A DNA stretch of 64,000 nucleotides from a virus (Duplodnaviria; Heunggongvirae; Uroviricota; Caudoviricetes), in the IMG/VR virus record IMGVR_UViG_3300002026_000032, positions 16,351-80,350 of that record; one strand, given 5' to 3'. Positions 36,441-45,511 of the stretch are shown here, piece by piece (within the stretch, counting starts at the first letter, position 1; each line of letters opens with the position of its first letter). The translations under genes were made by a program, and so were the position numbers. The notes under the pieces were generated by a model. It saw only the letters and a program-made list of their open reading frames with translations. It ran no database searches and was not told the DNA's origin.

Positions 36441-38063
36441 CTACATCATTGGGTAACCGGGGAATGCGGGTGCAGCCTCAGTTTCGGCAATGATACAATT
36501 AATGTTAAGGAGGATGTTAGTAATCGATACCGCATTCTCAACAATCAAACGAGTCACCTTAACAGGATCAATAACCCCGGCATCATACATGTTCTGAATG
36601 GTGTCGGTCGCTGCGTTATAACCAATCTCATAATCAATCTTTGCTCCATGTTCAGCTTCTGTCATAACCTTATGAAGCACAACCTCGGGGTTGTAACCAC
36701 AATTCGCTACGATCTTACTGAATGGTGCATGACAGGCATCAACAAATGTCTTAACACCGATGAGAACATCATCTGTGATTGGTGTTGCCATCAGTTCATC
36801 AAGCGCCATATTCGCTGCATGAATCAATGTTATCCCACCACCAGGAACGATCCCCTCTTCAACTGCAGCTCTGGTTGCGTGGAGTGCATCCTCAACACGG
36901 TCAAGCTTCTCTCCGAGTTCAGTCTCAGTTGAAGCACCAACATGGATCACTGCAATCCCACCGGCAAGACGAGCAAGTCGGCGCTGATAGTTTTCCTTTT
37001 CATACCCCATGGTTGATTTCTCAATACCAGCTTTAATAACTTCACATCGAGCTGTCAAACTCTCCTCAGACCCAGCACCATTATACAGAGTTGTTGACTT
37101 AGCGGAGATAACAGCACGACCAACCTTACCAGCCATCTCAAGTACAATATGGTTTGCTTGATACCCAGCCTTGGATGATATGAATTTAGCTCCCGTTGCG
37201 ATGGCAATATCCTCTAATACAGCTTCACGAACATTACCGAATTCGGGTGCTTTGATAGCCACGACCTTAAGTCCACTTCGTAATTTGTTCTGAATCATTC
37301 CTTCAAGTGCTTCACCTTTGATATCATCAGCAATGATAATGATGGGTGATTGTTCCTTGGCCGCCGCAGCGAGCACCGGATAGATGTCATTGTATGATAC
37401 AATTTCAAGATCGGTTACAATGATCTTGGCATTTTCATATTCAGCAACAGCTTTCAGGTCATCAGTCATAAACATGTGCGATAAATACCCACGATCGATC
37501 TGGATCCCAACCTTGACATCAAGTGTGGTTTCAGCTCCTCGTGATTTATCAACGGTGATCACACCATCCATACCAACCTTATCCATCGCTTCTGACAGCA
37601 TATCACCAATCTTAGTGTCATTATTGGCCGATACAGTTCCAACCTGCGCGACTTCCTCTGGTGTTGTAACCGGTTTGGATAGCTGTTTCAGGTTCTTGAT
37701 CGTGGATGCTGCGGCTATACTGATACCAGTCTTTATAGAAACGGCTGATGCACCAGCTACTATGTTCTTAAGTCCAATGTTTGTAATAGCTTGAGCTAAT
37801 GCTGTAGCTGAAGTAGTTCCATCACCAGCACCATCAGCTGTCTTCGAAGCGACCTCTTTAGCAAGGCGAGCCCCAAGGTTTTCAAATGGGTCTGATAGTT
37901 CAACAGCCTTTGCAACTGTGACACCGTCTTTAGTCACACTTCCATCAGGCAGTAACACAAGCTGACCTTTTGGCCCAAGTGTTGATGTTACGGCGTTAGC
38001 CAGTGTGTTCATCCCGGCAATTGCCGCTTCTCGTGCCCCAACCAATTTAATCTCTTTGGCCAT
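36441..38063 (-). CDS. groEL: GroEL-type chaperonin (Hsp60)
   Basis: 540 aa; unmistakable GroEL signature along its length (MAKEIKL...GPKG...DGTTTATVLA-like...GGG/GYPMM C-terminus), including equatorial ATP-binding motifs. Confidence 0.9.
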   Translation of the reverse strand: MAKEIKLVGAREAAIAGMNTLANAVTSTLGPKGQLVLLPDGSVTKDGVTVAKAVELSDPFENLGARLAKEVASKTADGAGDGTTSATALAQAITNIGLKNIVAGASAVSIKTGISIAAASTIKNLKQLSKPVTTPEEVAQVGTVSANNDTKIGDMLSEAMDKVGMDGVITVDKSRGAETTLDVKVGIQIDRGYLSHMFMTDDLKAVAEYENAKIIVTDLEIVSYNDIYPVLAAAAKEQSPIIIIADDIKGEALEGMIQNKLRSGLKVVAIKAPEFGNVREAVLEDIAIATGAKFISSKAGYQANHIVLEMAGKVGRAVISAKSTTLYNGAGSEESLTARCEVIKAGIEKSTMGYEKENYQRRLARLAGGIAVIHVGASTETELGEKLDRVEDALHATRAAVEEGIVPGGGITLIHAANMALDELMATPITDDVLIGVKTFVDACHAPFSKIVANCGYNPEVVLHKVMTEAEHGAKIDYEIGYNAATDTIQNMYDAGVIDPVKVTRLIVENAVSITNILLNINCIIAETEAAPAFPGYPMM

Positions 38064-38140
38064 TAAAATCCTCCAACAAATAGTTAAATAACAATTCGAA
38101 TCAAAATTAAATCATGCGTGAATCAGAGTCAATGGCAAAA

Positions 38141-38590
38141 TTAAAAGTCACCATCCGCAACATGCAGCACTCGATATCCAAGCTCGCGCCACTTCTCAAC
38201 CATGGAATTACGATCTTCAAGAATGAATTCAACAACCGATGGTATTAGTTTTGACTGAATCATTTCCGGTTTAACAATCGTATCATGGCGTGTATCATCA
38301 TTAGCTCGCATCATTAGCCCATGATAGTTAAATCCACTACCAAATGTATGTAAGATCCACTGAACCGTCTTATGTCTGACTGATTCGCGACGCCCAGTGC
38401 AGAATACAATCTTGTAGCCAGCGTGGTGCATTATCATTACAAGCCGAACGATATCCTCATGTGCAGCATCCTCATCACACCGTTCATAGAACTGATCCCA
38501 ATCCGGTGGTGTCTCACTGAGATGTTTGACTCGGTCACCGGTTACTGATACCGTCCCATCGATATCGACAATAACATATTCCTTTTTCAT
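38141..38590 (-). CDS. HAD-superfamily phosphatase (DxDGT motif)
   Basis: N-terminal VIVDIDGTV motif I; the size fits a stand-alone polynucleotide-3'-phosphatase-like domain. Confidence 0.55.
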   Translation of the reverse strand: MKKEYVIVDIDGTVSVTGDRVKHLSETPPDWDQFYERCDEDAAHEDIVRLVMIMHHAGYKIVFCTGRRESVRHKTVQWILHTFGSGFNYHGLMMRANDDTRHDTIVKPEMIQSKLIPSVVEFILEDRNSMVEKWRELGYRVLHVADGDF

Positions 38591-39009
38591 TGTGGTTCCG
38601 ATCCTTTTAGATTGTTATAATGGATTTTCGATGAGATGTGAATAACATCTTTACCATTTTCATTCCACAGTCTCAGCATCTCATTACGACGATCATCAGT
38701 CACAGATTGAGGTTCGTCTTGCTCTGTTACCAATACATAAATTTTATCAAGTACATCACCACACCATTCATCAATGGTGCTTGTTATATATTCACGGCTT
38801 GATTTGGTATTTGATGTGTGGAATATTACATCTCTACCATCTTTAACCATCTGGGATATTACATGAACTAACTCATCAACAACTTGTTGATTTACCACGT
38901 ATGGTATACTCTTCCCAAATAATTTATCCAAGTCAACCAACGCAAGATTATTACTTAACTGTGCGCTCTCACTACAATTCTTTTTCATTCTGACTCCTTC
39001 ACGATCCAT
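38587..39009 (-). CDS. hypothetical protein
   Basis: 140-aa ORF. Confidence 0.5.
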   Translation of the reverse strand: MDREGVRMKKNCSESAQLSNNLALVDLDKLFGKSIPYVVNQQVVDELVHVISQMVKDGRDVIFHTSNTKSSREYITSTIDEWCGDVLDKIYVLVTEQDEPQSVTDDRRNEMLRLWNENGKDVIHISSKIHYNNLKGSEPQ

Positions 39010-39602
39010 GCTTTTAAAAACAATAATGCATCTTTCTTAACTTCAACAGTTCCTTTAAATCGATTCAGCAAATCTCGTGTATCAAATGGTTGACATACGA
39101 AATGACATCCATTGATTGTACGAGTGATCTGCTCAATCTTAACACCATTGAACTCTAGGAAATCAAGTACGCAATGATATATTGTTGGTGTTATTCCATC
39201 AGGCAACCACCCAAGGTTTGTGTCATCATCTATATATCGTTTAGCTGCAGCATTCGTGTGTTCGTTATGATCCACATCAATGAGAAATAATCCACGACCA
39301 ACCTTACATGCTGGCTCCATCATAACAGATTTCCATTTTGATCCTATGCTTAGAAGGCTATCATCCGCTATCATTTCAATCATCAACTTCTTCTTTGCCT
39401 TATGAAGATCTCGTTGATTCACTGATCTATATATTCTCCACAATCCCGGATCATCAGACATTCTTTTAACCAATCGTCTGGTTGCTTCATTCATTGCATC
39501 CTCGGTTGGATCTGCAATCTCACGAATGCAAATCTCCTTCATACCCGGATTGTCCTTCATTCTTCTCAAGGCAACCATCATATACACTGTATCACTACTC
39601 AT
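38985..39602 (-). CDS. hypothetical protein
   Basis: 205-aa ORF. Confidence 0.55.
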   Translation of the reverse strand: MSSDTVYMMVALRRMKDNPGMKEICIREIADPTEDAMNEATRRLVKRMSDDPGLWRIYRSVNQRDLHKAKKKLMIEMIADDSLLSIGSKWKSVMMEPACKVGRGLFLIDVDHNEHTNAAAKRYIDDDTNLGWLPDGITPTIYHCVLDFLEFNGVKIEQITRTINGCHFVCQPFDTRDLLNRFKGTVEVKKDALLFLKAWIVKESE

Positions 39603-39937
39603 AACATAATCCTCGGTTTGATTCCTTTGCCATCAATAACAATGATTACGCTCTTTTTACTAGCACCAACCTCAGCTGATATGTTATATGGATACACCAC
39701 TTGATCGACCCATTCATTGAATCTGGAGCAGAGAGTCTCAAAATCTTTGATGCTCAGATTGTAGTTGCTACTGTAATTCATATCCCGAATAACTTGAATT
39801 GGATCGAGGTTATGAAGGGCTGTCACCTCGAACACGGATTTAAATGTATCACTCCATACAGCATCAGATCCTTGACCGGTGATGATATACCAAAAATTCC
39901 GCAATGATTTCATTAATTTACTCACACCAAACCTCAC
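39599..39937 (-). CDS. hypothetical protein
   Basis: 112-aa ORF. Confidence 0.5.
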   Translation of the reverse strand: MRFGVSKLMKSLRNFWYIITGQGSDAVWSDTFKSVFEVTALHNLDPIQVIRDMNYSSNYNLSIKDFETLCSRFNEWVDQVVYPYNISAEVGASKKSVIIVIDGKGIKPRIML

Positions 39938-40118
39938 TATTTAATTCACCATTAGACTTAATGAGTGTGGATGATCTACCCTGTCTATAAATAACTACAG
40001 AGATGATATCAGATTCGATGAGCTTTACCATGTCATCAGAGAAGCTTCCCTTAGTCACCGGTTCTTGTGGTGGTGTTGGATCTTTCATATTGGTATAGCT
40101 TAAAAGTAATGTTGCCAT
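39918..40118 (-). CDS. hypothetical protein
   Basis: 66-aa ORF with a GGAG RBS. Confidence 0.4.
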   Translation of the reverse strand: MATLLLSYTNMKDPTPPQEPVTKGSFSDDMVKLIESDIISVVIYRQGRSSTLIKSNGELNSEVWCE

Positions 40119-40161
40119 TGATTCTCCTTTATGTTTATTAACTATTATCTAAGAGGTTACT

Positions 40162-40506
40162 ATGATCACTGCAGCAGATTTCAATTCACCTGCTGATGCC
40201 ACGGATAAACCGGTACACATCAACTCAATTCGAATCCCGGGTCGAGTATGTAAACCAACCGCATCAACGATGCTAATCCCAACACCCACCACACCGGCTC
40301 CGGTTATTGTTACCGAACCGGTTGTAACAGACGAGCCTGTTGTTACCGAACCAGAAGCTCCAGTTGTGACTGTCGTTACCACTGAACCGGTTGTAACTGA
40401 AGCTCCGGTTGTAACAGACGAGCCTGTTGTTACCGAACCAGAAGCTCCAATCGTAACAAAGGCCACCCAGACCACCAAAACAAATAGCACAAAATCAGGT
40501 AAATAA
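40162..40506 (+). CDS. Pro/Thr/Val/Glu-repeat protein (114 aa); strand assignment ambiguous
   Basis: AGAGG RBS, two 45-bp tandem DNA repeats, and its own plus-strand terminator 16 nt downstream; the antisense frame 40149-40535 is also open. Confidence 0.35.
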   Translation: MITAADFNSPADATDKPVHINSIRIPGRVCKPTASTMLIPTPTTPAPVIVTEPVVTDEPVVTEPEAPVVTVVTTEPVVTEAPVVTDEPVVTEPEAPIVTKATQTTKTNSTKSGK

Positions 40507-40926
40507 TTACTTCGATTTTCTAGGGAGGGGTTCATCTGAGCCCCTCTTTTTAAATAGAGTAATTATATCTGAAGATGGAACTAATTTAATACCTTCGAAC
40601 CGCTCAGACAGATTATCAATCTGACTCACCCCAGTGATCTGACAATCGATAACCAACTCCGGCAATACTTGGTTTGGATCTTTATTCTTCTTATCAAAGT
40701 CATATGAGAATTTATCATCAGTCATATAACTATCCATAGTACACAATTGATTGGAAGCATTTCTTGCAAATTGAATCATGAATATTGATTCTCCTATAGT
40801 GATATCTCCATGGATTCTTGATGTATCCATGTAATCAGCAAGGGGTACCCCATACTCTTTAGCCATAGCAGTCAATTGCATTCTTAATTTTTTGCCGGTG
40901 TATATCATGATTTCAACTTCTTCCAT
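40507..40926 (-). CDS. hypothetical protein
   Basis: 139 aa; its start overlaps the CYTH gene, suggesting an operon. Confidence 0.5.
   Translation of the reverse strand: MEEVEIMIYTGKKLRMQLTAMAKEYGVPLADYMDTSRIHGDITIGESIFMIQFARNASNQLCTMDSYMTDDKFSYDFDKKNKDPNQVLPELVIDCQITGVSQIDNLSERFEGIKLVPSSDIITLFKKRGSDEPLPRKSK
40522..40556 (+). terminator. rho-independent terminator (plus strand)
   Basis: GAGGGG...CCCCTC stem followed by TTTTTAAAT. Confidence 0.5.
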
Positions 40927-41396
40927 GTTTTAATTGGTGATGTCGCCAAGAACATGTTTGAGTAATTGTAATTGTCGGTCACCTCAAGGCCAGCTTCAAC
41001 CCAATCAGGAATCGATGCCATCATTGCATCAGCCTCAGTTGGGAACTCAATCTCCGCAATAATCAATCCTTCGTTAGCACCTTTGAATATGTCAAGCTCA
41101 ACCAAGTATCCATTGTATGGAATCTCGTATCGAGTCTTTGATATACTGAACTCACAATGAGTGAACAGTTCCTCAGCATCAGATACTGGGATTTCATATT
41201 CGAACTCAGCCTTACCAATCCCTTGACATGGAGTCTTGATTGTTAAGAATGCTTGGCTATCAGTGATACGAACTCGAACTGCAGTCTTACTTACCGTCTC
41301 GATGTATCCCTGTCTAATGTTATAATGATCCCTTGCTTGATTTATTATATCAGTCGATACTGACTTCAATTCAAATCTTCGTTCGATCTCAATCAT
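40905..41396 (-). CDS. CYTH-domain (triphosphate tunnel metalloenzyme; CyaB/ThTPase-like) protein
   Basis: Starts MIEIERRFEL (the EXEXK hallmark) and has a second IIAEIEF acidic motif; about 160 aa. Confidence 0.6.
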   Translation of the reverse strand: MIEIERRFELKSVSTDIINQARDHYNIRQGYIETVSKTAVRVRITDSQAFLTIKTPCQGIGKAEFEYEIPVSDAEELFTHCEFSISKTRYEIPYNGYLVELDIFKGANEGLIIAEIEFPTEADAMMASIPDWVEAGLEVTDNYNYSNMFLATSPIKTWKKLKS

Positions 41397-41462
41397 GACC
41401 TCTCCTAAATAAAATGACCACCTATGTAATAGATGGCCCTAATCGTTTGTTATGAAAGTTTA

Positions 41463-41717
41463 TTAAGCTTTCTTTGCTTTAGCTGATTTATCTGCCAGTT
41501 TAGCTGCATTAATCTCAGCCCGTGTTTCTTTCTGATGCTGGATGGATAGCTTGCGAGCTTCCTTCGTAATCTTCGACAATTCGGATGTATTAACGCGAAA
41601 TCGTTTAGAACCTGCTGGTTGACCGGCGATAACTTTTGGAAGGTCTGATTTAATTTCATCGATCAACTTTTCGACTTTCCCAACATACTCTTCAATCTTA
41701 ACTTTAACTGTTGACAT
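41463..41717 (-). CDS. small basic protein with a Lys/Ala-rich histone-H1-like tail (84 aa)
   Basis: Start re-set to the ATG at 41717, which follows GGGAG; C-terminus AKLADKSAKAKKA. Confidence 0.5.
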   Translation of the reverse strand: MSTVKVKIEEYVGKVEKLIDEIKSDLPKVIAGQPAGSKRFRVNTSELSKITKEARKLSIQHQKETRAEINAAKLADKSAKAKKA

Positions 41718-41859
41718 ATTGTCACTCCCGTTTAAAAATAATAAAACCTTAACTGAAAAATAATTATATGCGAATCGATGAGTCAACAATTATTTCATGT
41801 TTCTCGCGATTGATCCAACGATCAATGATATCATAGCAATTGCTGCAATCTTCATAGCC

Positions 41860-42114
41860 TTAATCATCACTTGAAGCCAATCGTAGAGATATCATTCGGT
41901 TCAATCCATGTTCGATAGTATCATACAACTCTTCGGCCGTACAATCAGTATTGGTTGATACGGCCATCAATGACTCACCTTCAATTCCGAATATGTATCG
42001 ATGATTTGTTTGATCAAATTCACATACAGTGTTGACTAAGTGTTGTTCCCCTATATGTTTTATAAGGTTAACCACTTTGAATGTCGGATGTTTATCCTTC
42101 TTATTAGCATTCAT
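41860..42114 (-). CDS. hypothetical protein
   Basis: 84-aa ORF. Confidence 0.45.
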   Translation of the reverse strand: MNANKKDKHPTFKVVNLIKHIGEQHLVNTVCEFDQTNHRYIFGIEGESLMAVSTNTDCTAEELYDTIEHGLNRMISLRLASSDD

Positions 42115-42728
42115 CGTTTGATGATCCCCGCTTCCAATCTCAATCTATAATCCAGTGCAGCAATCTCTTTGTCGCGCACTTTCATGGCAGCCTGTAATGT
42201 TTTATGCCCTGTACCAAACCAATATCGTTTCCCGTTTCGAACACACGACACAGCAAACCGAAGACTCGTCTTCTTACCAGTCAATCGGGATACCCGATGA
42301 TATTTCCTGATATACTTTTCTTTGCTCTTCGATCTCTCGTTAAATACATTTAGACTCTTCGATCTGCGTATGGTTGGTAGATCCATGACCAGATTATCCA
42401 GCTTGAGATTTGTTCGATCACCATCGCGATAGAATAAACATTTACCATCCTTATCCGGATCAAAGAAAGCTTTGACCATCAATGTTGCGATACCAATGAA
42501 TGATCTCTTAATACCTTCTCTTGGATTGTTAATTGGAACCCCAACCGTGCCGGTGACTGTTCTCTGTAGTTTGTAAATGTGATTGGTTAATTTCCCATCA
42601 ACCACCATACTCCGTCTTAAGCGACCCAAATTACTAACCTGAAGATCCTTATTATATCCGGGTATATGTTTCCATATCTCCCGAACAACTTTTTCTTCAT
42701 CATCTGGATTTGTCATCGATCCCCCCAC
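42111..42728 (-). CDS. free-standing homing endonuclease (NUMOD4 / HNH_3 / AP2-like DNA-binding domain)
   Basis: WKHIPGYNKDLQVSNLGRLRR (NUMOD4), then LFYRDGDRTNLKLDNL (HNH_3-like), then the AP2-like stretch GKRYWFGTGHKTLQAAMKVRDKEIAALDY. Confidence 0.6.
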   Translation of the reverse strand: MGGSMTNPDDEEKVVREIWKHIPGYNKDLQVSNLGRLRRSMVVDGKLTNHIYKLQRTVTGTVGVPINNPREGIKRSFIGIATLMVKAFFDPDKDGKCLFYRDGDRTNLKLDNLVMDLPTIRRSKSLNVFNERSKSKEKYIRKYHRVSRLTGKKTSLRFAVSCVRNGKRYWFGTGHKTLQAAMKVRDKEIAALDYRLRLEAGIIKR

Positions 42729-42921
42729 AAACTAAACATGCATTATTAACGGGGAAGCATCGCTTACCCCGCATCTCATAATTGGAGCACGAGTCCATCA
42801 CCACAGATTTATGGATCGGGTTCCTTGCCACCTTAAACGATCTACGCCTAACCGATGGTATATCCGAAAAGACTGCACCATCCATGAATCCAGACATCGA
42901 TCTCATTATCTCACTAACCAA
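42700..42921 (-). CDS. small Cys-containing hypothetical protein
   Basis: 73-aa ORF overlapping the endonuclease start by 29 nt. Confidence 0.3.
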   Translation of the reverse strand: MVSEIMRSMSGFMDGAVFSDIPSVRRRSFKVARNPIHKSVVMDSCSNYEMRGKRCFPVNNACLVCGGIDDKSR

Positions 42922-42927
42922 AGTTAT

Positions 42928-43401
42928 TCACCAGATTTCTTTCTTTACACAATTAACTGTGGCTAGATTAGGTCCACACCAAACCGCGGTGATATCGTAA
43001 TCGTTGATTAGTTTATCAACATCTCGAATATCAACCAACTGATTTGAATCATTGATTCGAACTGGGATACAAATATCATCAACCGATACCATACGATACA
43101 GACCAACATTATATGTCATTGACTCCATGACGAATGTATCCATAACCATGGCACTTGATTGTTTGTGACACTCCATCAGTTGATGAATTGATTCAAACTC
43201 AATAAAGTTAGCCCATCGAATGCCCTCATAAGAAGATTCGGTGTAATCAGTCATTGACTGGAAGAAGAACATCAGCCTATCCAGATCATCCTTCTGTATA
43301 TCCTCTTCTACGATAAACTTAACCTCAGCTTCGGGGATCGAAGATATCACGACCCGAGCCACCTTACCTGTATGTAACAGGTTTCCAAAAAACTTACTCA
43401 T
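42928..43401 (-). CDS. hypothetical protein
   Basis: 157-aa ORF. Confidence 0.55.
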   Translation of the reverse strand: MSKFFGNLLHTGKVARVVISSIPEAEVKFIVEEDIQKDDLDRLMFFFQSMTDYTESSYEGIRWANFIEFESIHQLMECHKQSSAMVMDTFVMESMTYNVGLYRMVSVDDICIPVRINDSNQLVDIRDVDKLINDYDITAVWCGPNLATVNCVKKEIW

Positions 43402-43472
43402 CAGTCCTCCATAATTAATAAAATGTCCGGGATGAAATATACATCTCGGACATGATATATGGTAAATATATT

Positions 43473-43811
43473 TTACTCAGTAACCGATTCTTCTCTTGGT
43501 TTTGGGTGAAGCAATTCGAAAATGATAGTCGCATTTAGAACACCATTGAATGCCCCTTTAAATTCTCCATCGAGATACATTCGACTATATGGGATCGATG
43601 TAACTCCAAGCTCAATTAATACTTCCGGATTGACATCCATATCGATCTTTGTGAATCCTTGGATAGAATCACCAGCCAACATTTTATCGAGTGCTACATC
43701 CAACATCTTACAAGGTGCACAATAATTTGCACCCCACTTAATGATGTATACACCTTTGGTATCTTTAGCAAATGTATCACATTCAACAACTGTTTTAAAT
43801 TCCACAGCCAT
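43473..43811 (-). CDS. thioredoxin
   Basis: WGANYCAPC redox motif (a WCGPC variant); size consistent with the thioredoxin fold. Confidence 0.7.
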   Translation of the reverse strand: MAVEFKTVVECDTFAKDTKGVYIIKWGANYCAPCKMLDVALDKMLAGDSIQGFTKIDMDVNPEVLIELGVTSIPYSRMYLDGEFKGAFNGVLNATIIFELLHPKPREESVTE

Positions 43812-44376
43812 CCTCCATCTCTCTAATAAATTTTGTCATCTTCACACCACTGCCATCAGTCTTAACAATCCGACCATCACTGTTCAGGAACTGCTTCACT
43901 GCTGTTGCACCAATATGATGCGCTGCTGCAAGCATTCCAGCTTCTGTAATCTTGTATCCACCAATGACTCTACCTTCATACTTATGTATCATTTTACCTA
44001 GATATTGTTGATTCTTCTCAGCTATCATAAATAGAACTTCCCTCTGTTTGTGTTTAGGGAAAACCGATCTATCACGCTTGAATTTCTTAACAGAAATATC
44101 CGGGTACACACCAACATCTTTTAGAGCCAAGTCGCCGATCTGATACAGACCAACATACAGCCCCGATCTACTTATTGCTTTTTCATCGAATCCACTCTCT
44201 TGTTTAGAGATTCGATCCGCGTAAACCTCTAAGTCAAAATCAAACTTTGACTGAACTTCTGTTCTCGGTTTCGATAATTCAAGTCCCCCAACATGTGGGG
44301 TAATTGTTTCCATCGGGCTTGTGGCCAACATTGACACCATTGCAAGTGTCATGATAACCGGAGCACATAGTTTCAT
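43795..44376 (-). CDS. secreted lytic transglycosylase (SLT domain)
   Basis: Signal peptide; ESGFD...SRSGLYVGLYQIG matches the family-1 lytic transglycosylase catalytic motif. Confidence 0.65.
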   Translation of the reverse strand: MKLCAPVIMTLAMVSMLATSPMETITPHVGGLELSKPRTEVQSKFDFDLEVYADRISKQESGFDEKAISRSGLYVGLYQIGDLALKDVGVYPDISVKKFKRDRSVFPKHKQREVLFMIAEKNQQYLGKMIHKYEGRVIGGYKITEAGMLAAAHHIGATAVKQFLNSDGRIVKTDGSGVKMTKFIREMEDGCGI

Positions 44377-44385
44377 AAGAATACC

Positions 44386-44859
44386 TCATTCAAGTTTCTT
44401 ATGCATTGACACATAATGTTCGGTAAACCCGACAGATTTGTATAATGCCAATGCACTTGTATTGGAAAGGTACGACCCAAGGGTGACCCGTTTGCACCCG
44501 CTATATCGACCGATACATTCCACAGCATCGATCAACCATTTAGCATATCCGAGGTTTCGATACGATTCTCTAACATAGAGATTTTTGATATTGATCGTTG
44601 AGATCTCAGCATCGAAACAGTAAAACCGCACAAACCCAACGGGTTCATGCCCACAATAAGCTATTATGATTTCATTATCTATGTAAAAATTTGGGTCATG
44701 TTCATTTATGGGACTTAAATGAATTGAATTTTTATGCAGTTCCTTTATGAATTCGGTGTACATAATTTCGTAATGAACCCTTTTACGAGCTCTCATGCTA
44801 CTACCATCATGAGAATTATGTCCCACTTCAATGTTAGTCGGACATATGGTATCTGTCAT
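44386..44859 (-). CDS. GNAT-family N-acetyltransferase
   Basis: RNLGYAKWLI (acetyl-CoA binding motif A) and ALYKSVGF. Confidence 0.65.
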   Translation of the reverse strand: MTDTICPTNIEVGHNSHDGSSMRARKRVHYEIMYTEFIKELHKNSIHLSPINEHDPNFYIDNEIIIAYCGHEPVGFVRFYCFDAEISTINIKNLYVRESYRNLGYAKWLIDAVECIGRYSGCKRVTLGSYLSNTSALALYKSVGFTEHYVSMHKKLE

Positions 44860-44950
44860 AAACCCCCCTCTCTAAATGAAATTGAGCCCCACTTCCGTGA
44901 GACTCAATATATAATGCGCTCAATGGGATATCAAGAGCACAACGATGAAT

Positions 44951-45511
44951 TTACTTAACAACATACCAGTCTACTGCGAGTAGATCCGTCTGAGATGGAG
45001 CCCATGGAGTCCGCTTACGAGGAGCATCTGGGTTATCAGACTTCAATCCGGTTGTATCAATGAAAATGTACGGGGATGACATTTTCGAATTCTCATCCGG
45101 GTTCTGTCGTTCAATAAAGATTCCATTACCATTCCAGCCGCGGCGAGCAAGTTTACCACCAAATTCCATACAGACCAACACATCACCGAATGTCAGATCT
45201 GTTCCCTCATCGAAACATTGAATCTTGTATAGACGCTGCTTCAGTAGATACCCTTCAAACATCCAGATCTGATCACGAGCATTGTCATACGAATTCTTAC
45301 GACCAATCTCTTCATCAAAGTTCCGCGGGTCGGCACAGGTTGTTTCTCCACGAACCGTGAATCCATTCTTCAGTGTCATCTCACAGACCATTGTTCTACC
45401 GGATGGCATCATAATGTACTCAGCTGATTCGATCACAGCATCAATGTCTTCAGGTCTCAGCCGGGGAGCATTCAAACCTTTAGCTTGAACCATCTTTTCA
45501 ATTTCTACCAA
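44951..45511 (-). CDS. hypothetical protein
   Basis: 186 aa; its first 90 nt are duplicated at 46726-46815. Confidence 0.55.
   Translation of the reverse strand: MVEIEKMVQAKGLNAPRLRPEDIDAVIESAEYIMMPSGRTMVCEMTLKNGFTVRGETTCADPRNFDEEIGRKNSYDNARDQIWMFEGYLLKQRLYKIQCFDEGTDLTFGDVLVCMEFGGKLARRGWNGNGIFIERQNPDENSKMSSPYIFIDTTGLKSDNPDAPRKRTPWAPSQTDLLAVDWYVVK

Noticed and set aside
40149-40535. Minus-strand 128-aa ORF (TM helix plus Gly/Ser/Thr repeats) antisense to the PT-repeat ORF
   Set aside because: I did not list it as the primary call because its start would lie inside the terminator hairpin and overlap the upstream gene. The plus-strand reading has an RBS and a terminator, but the minus reading remains a live alternative.
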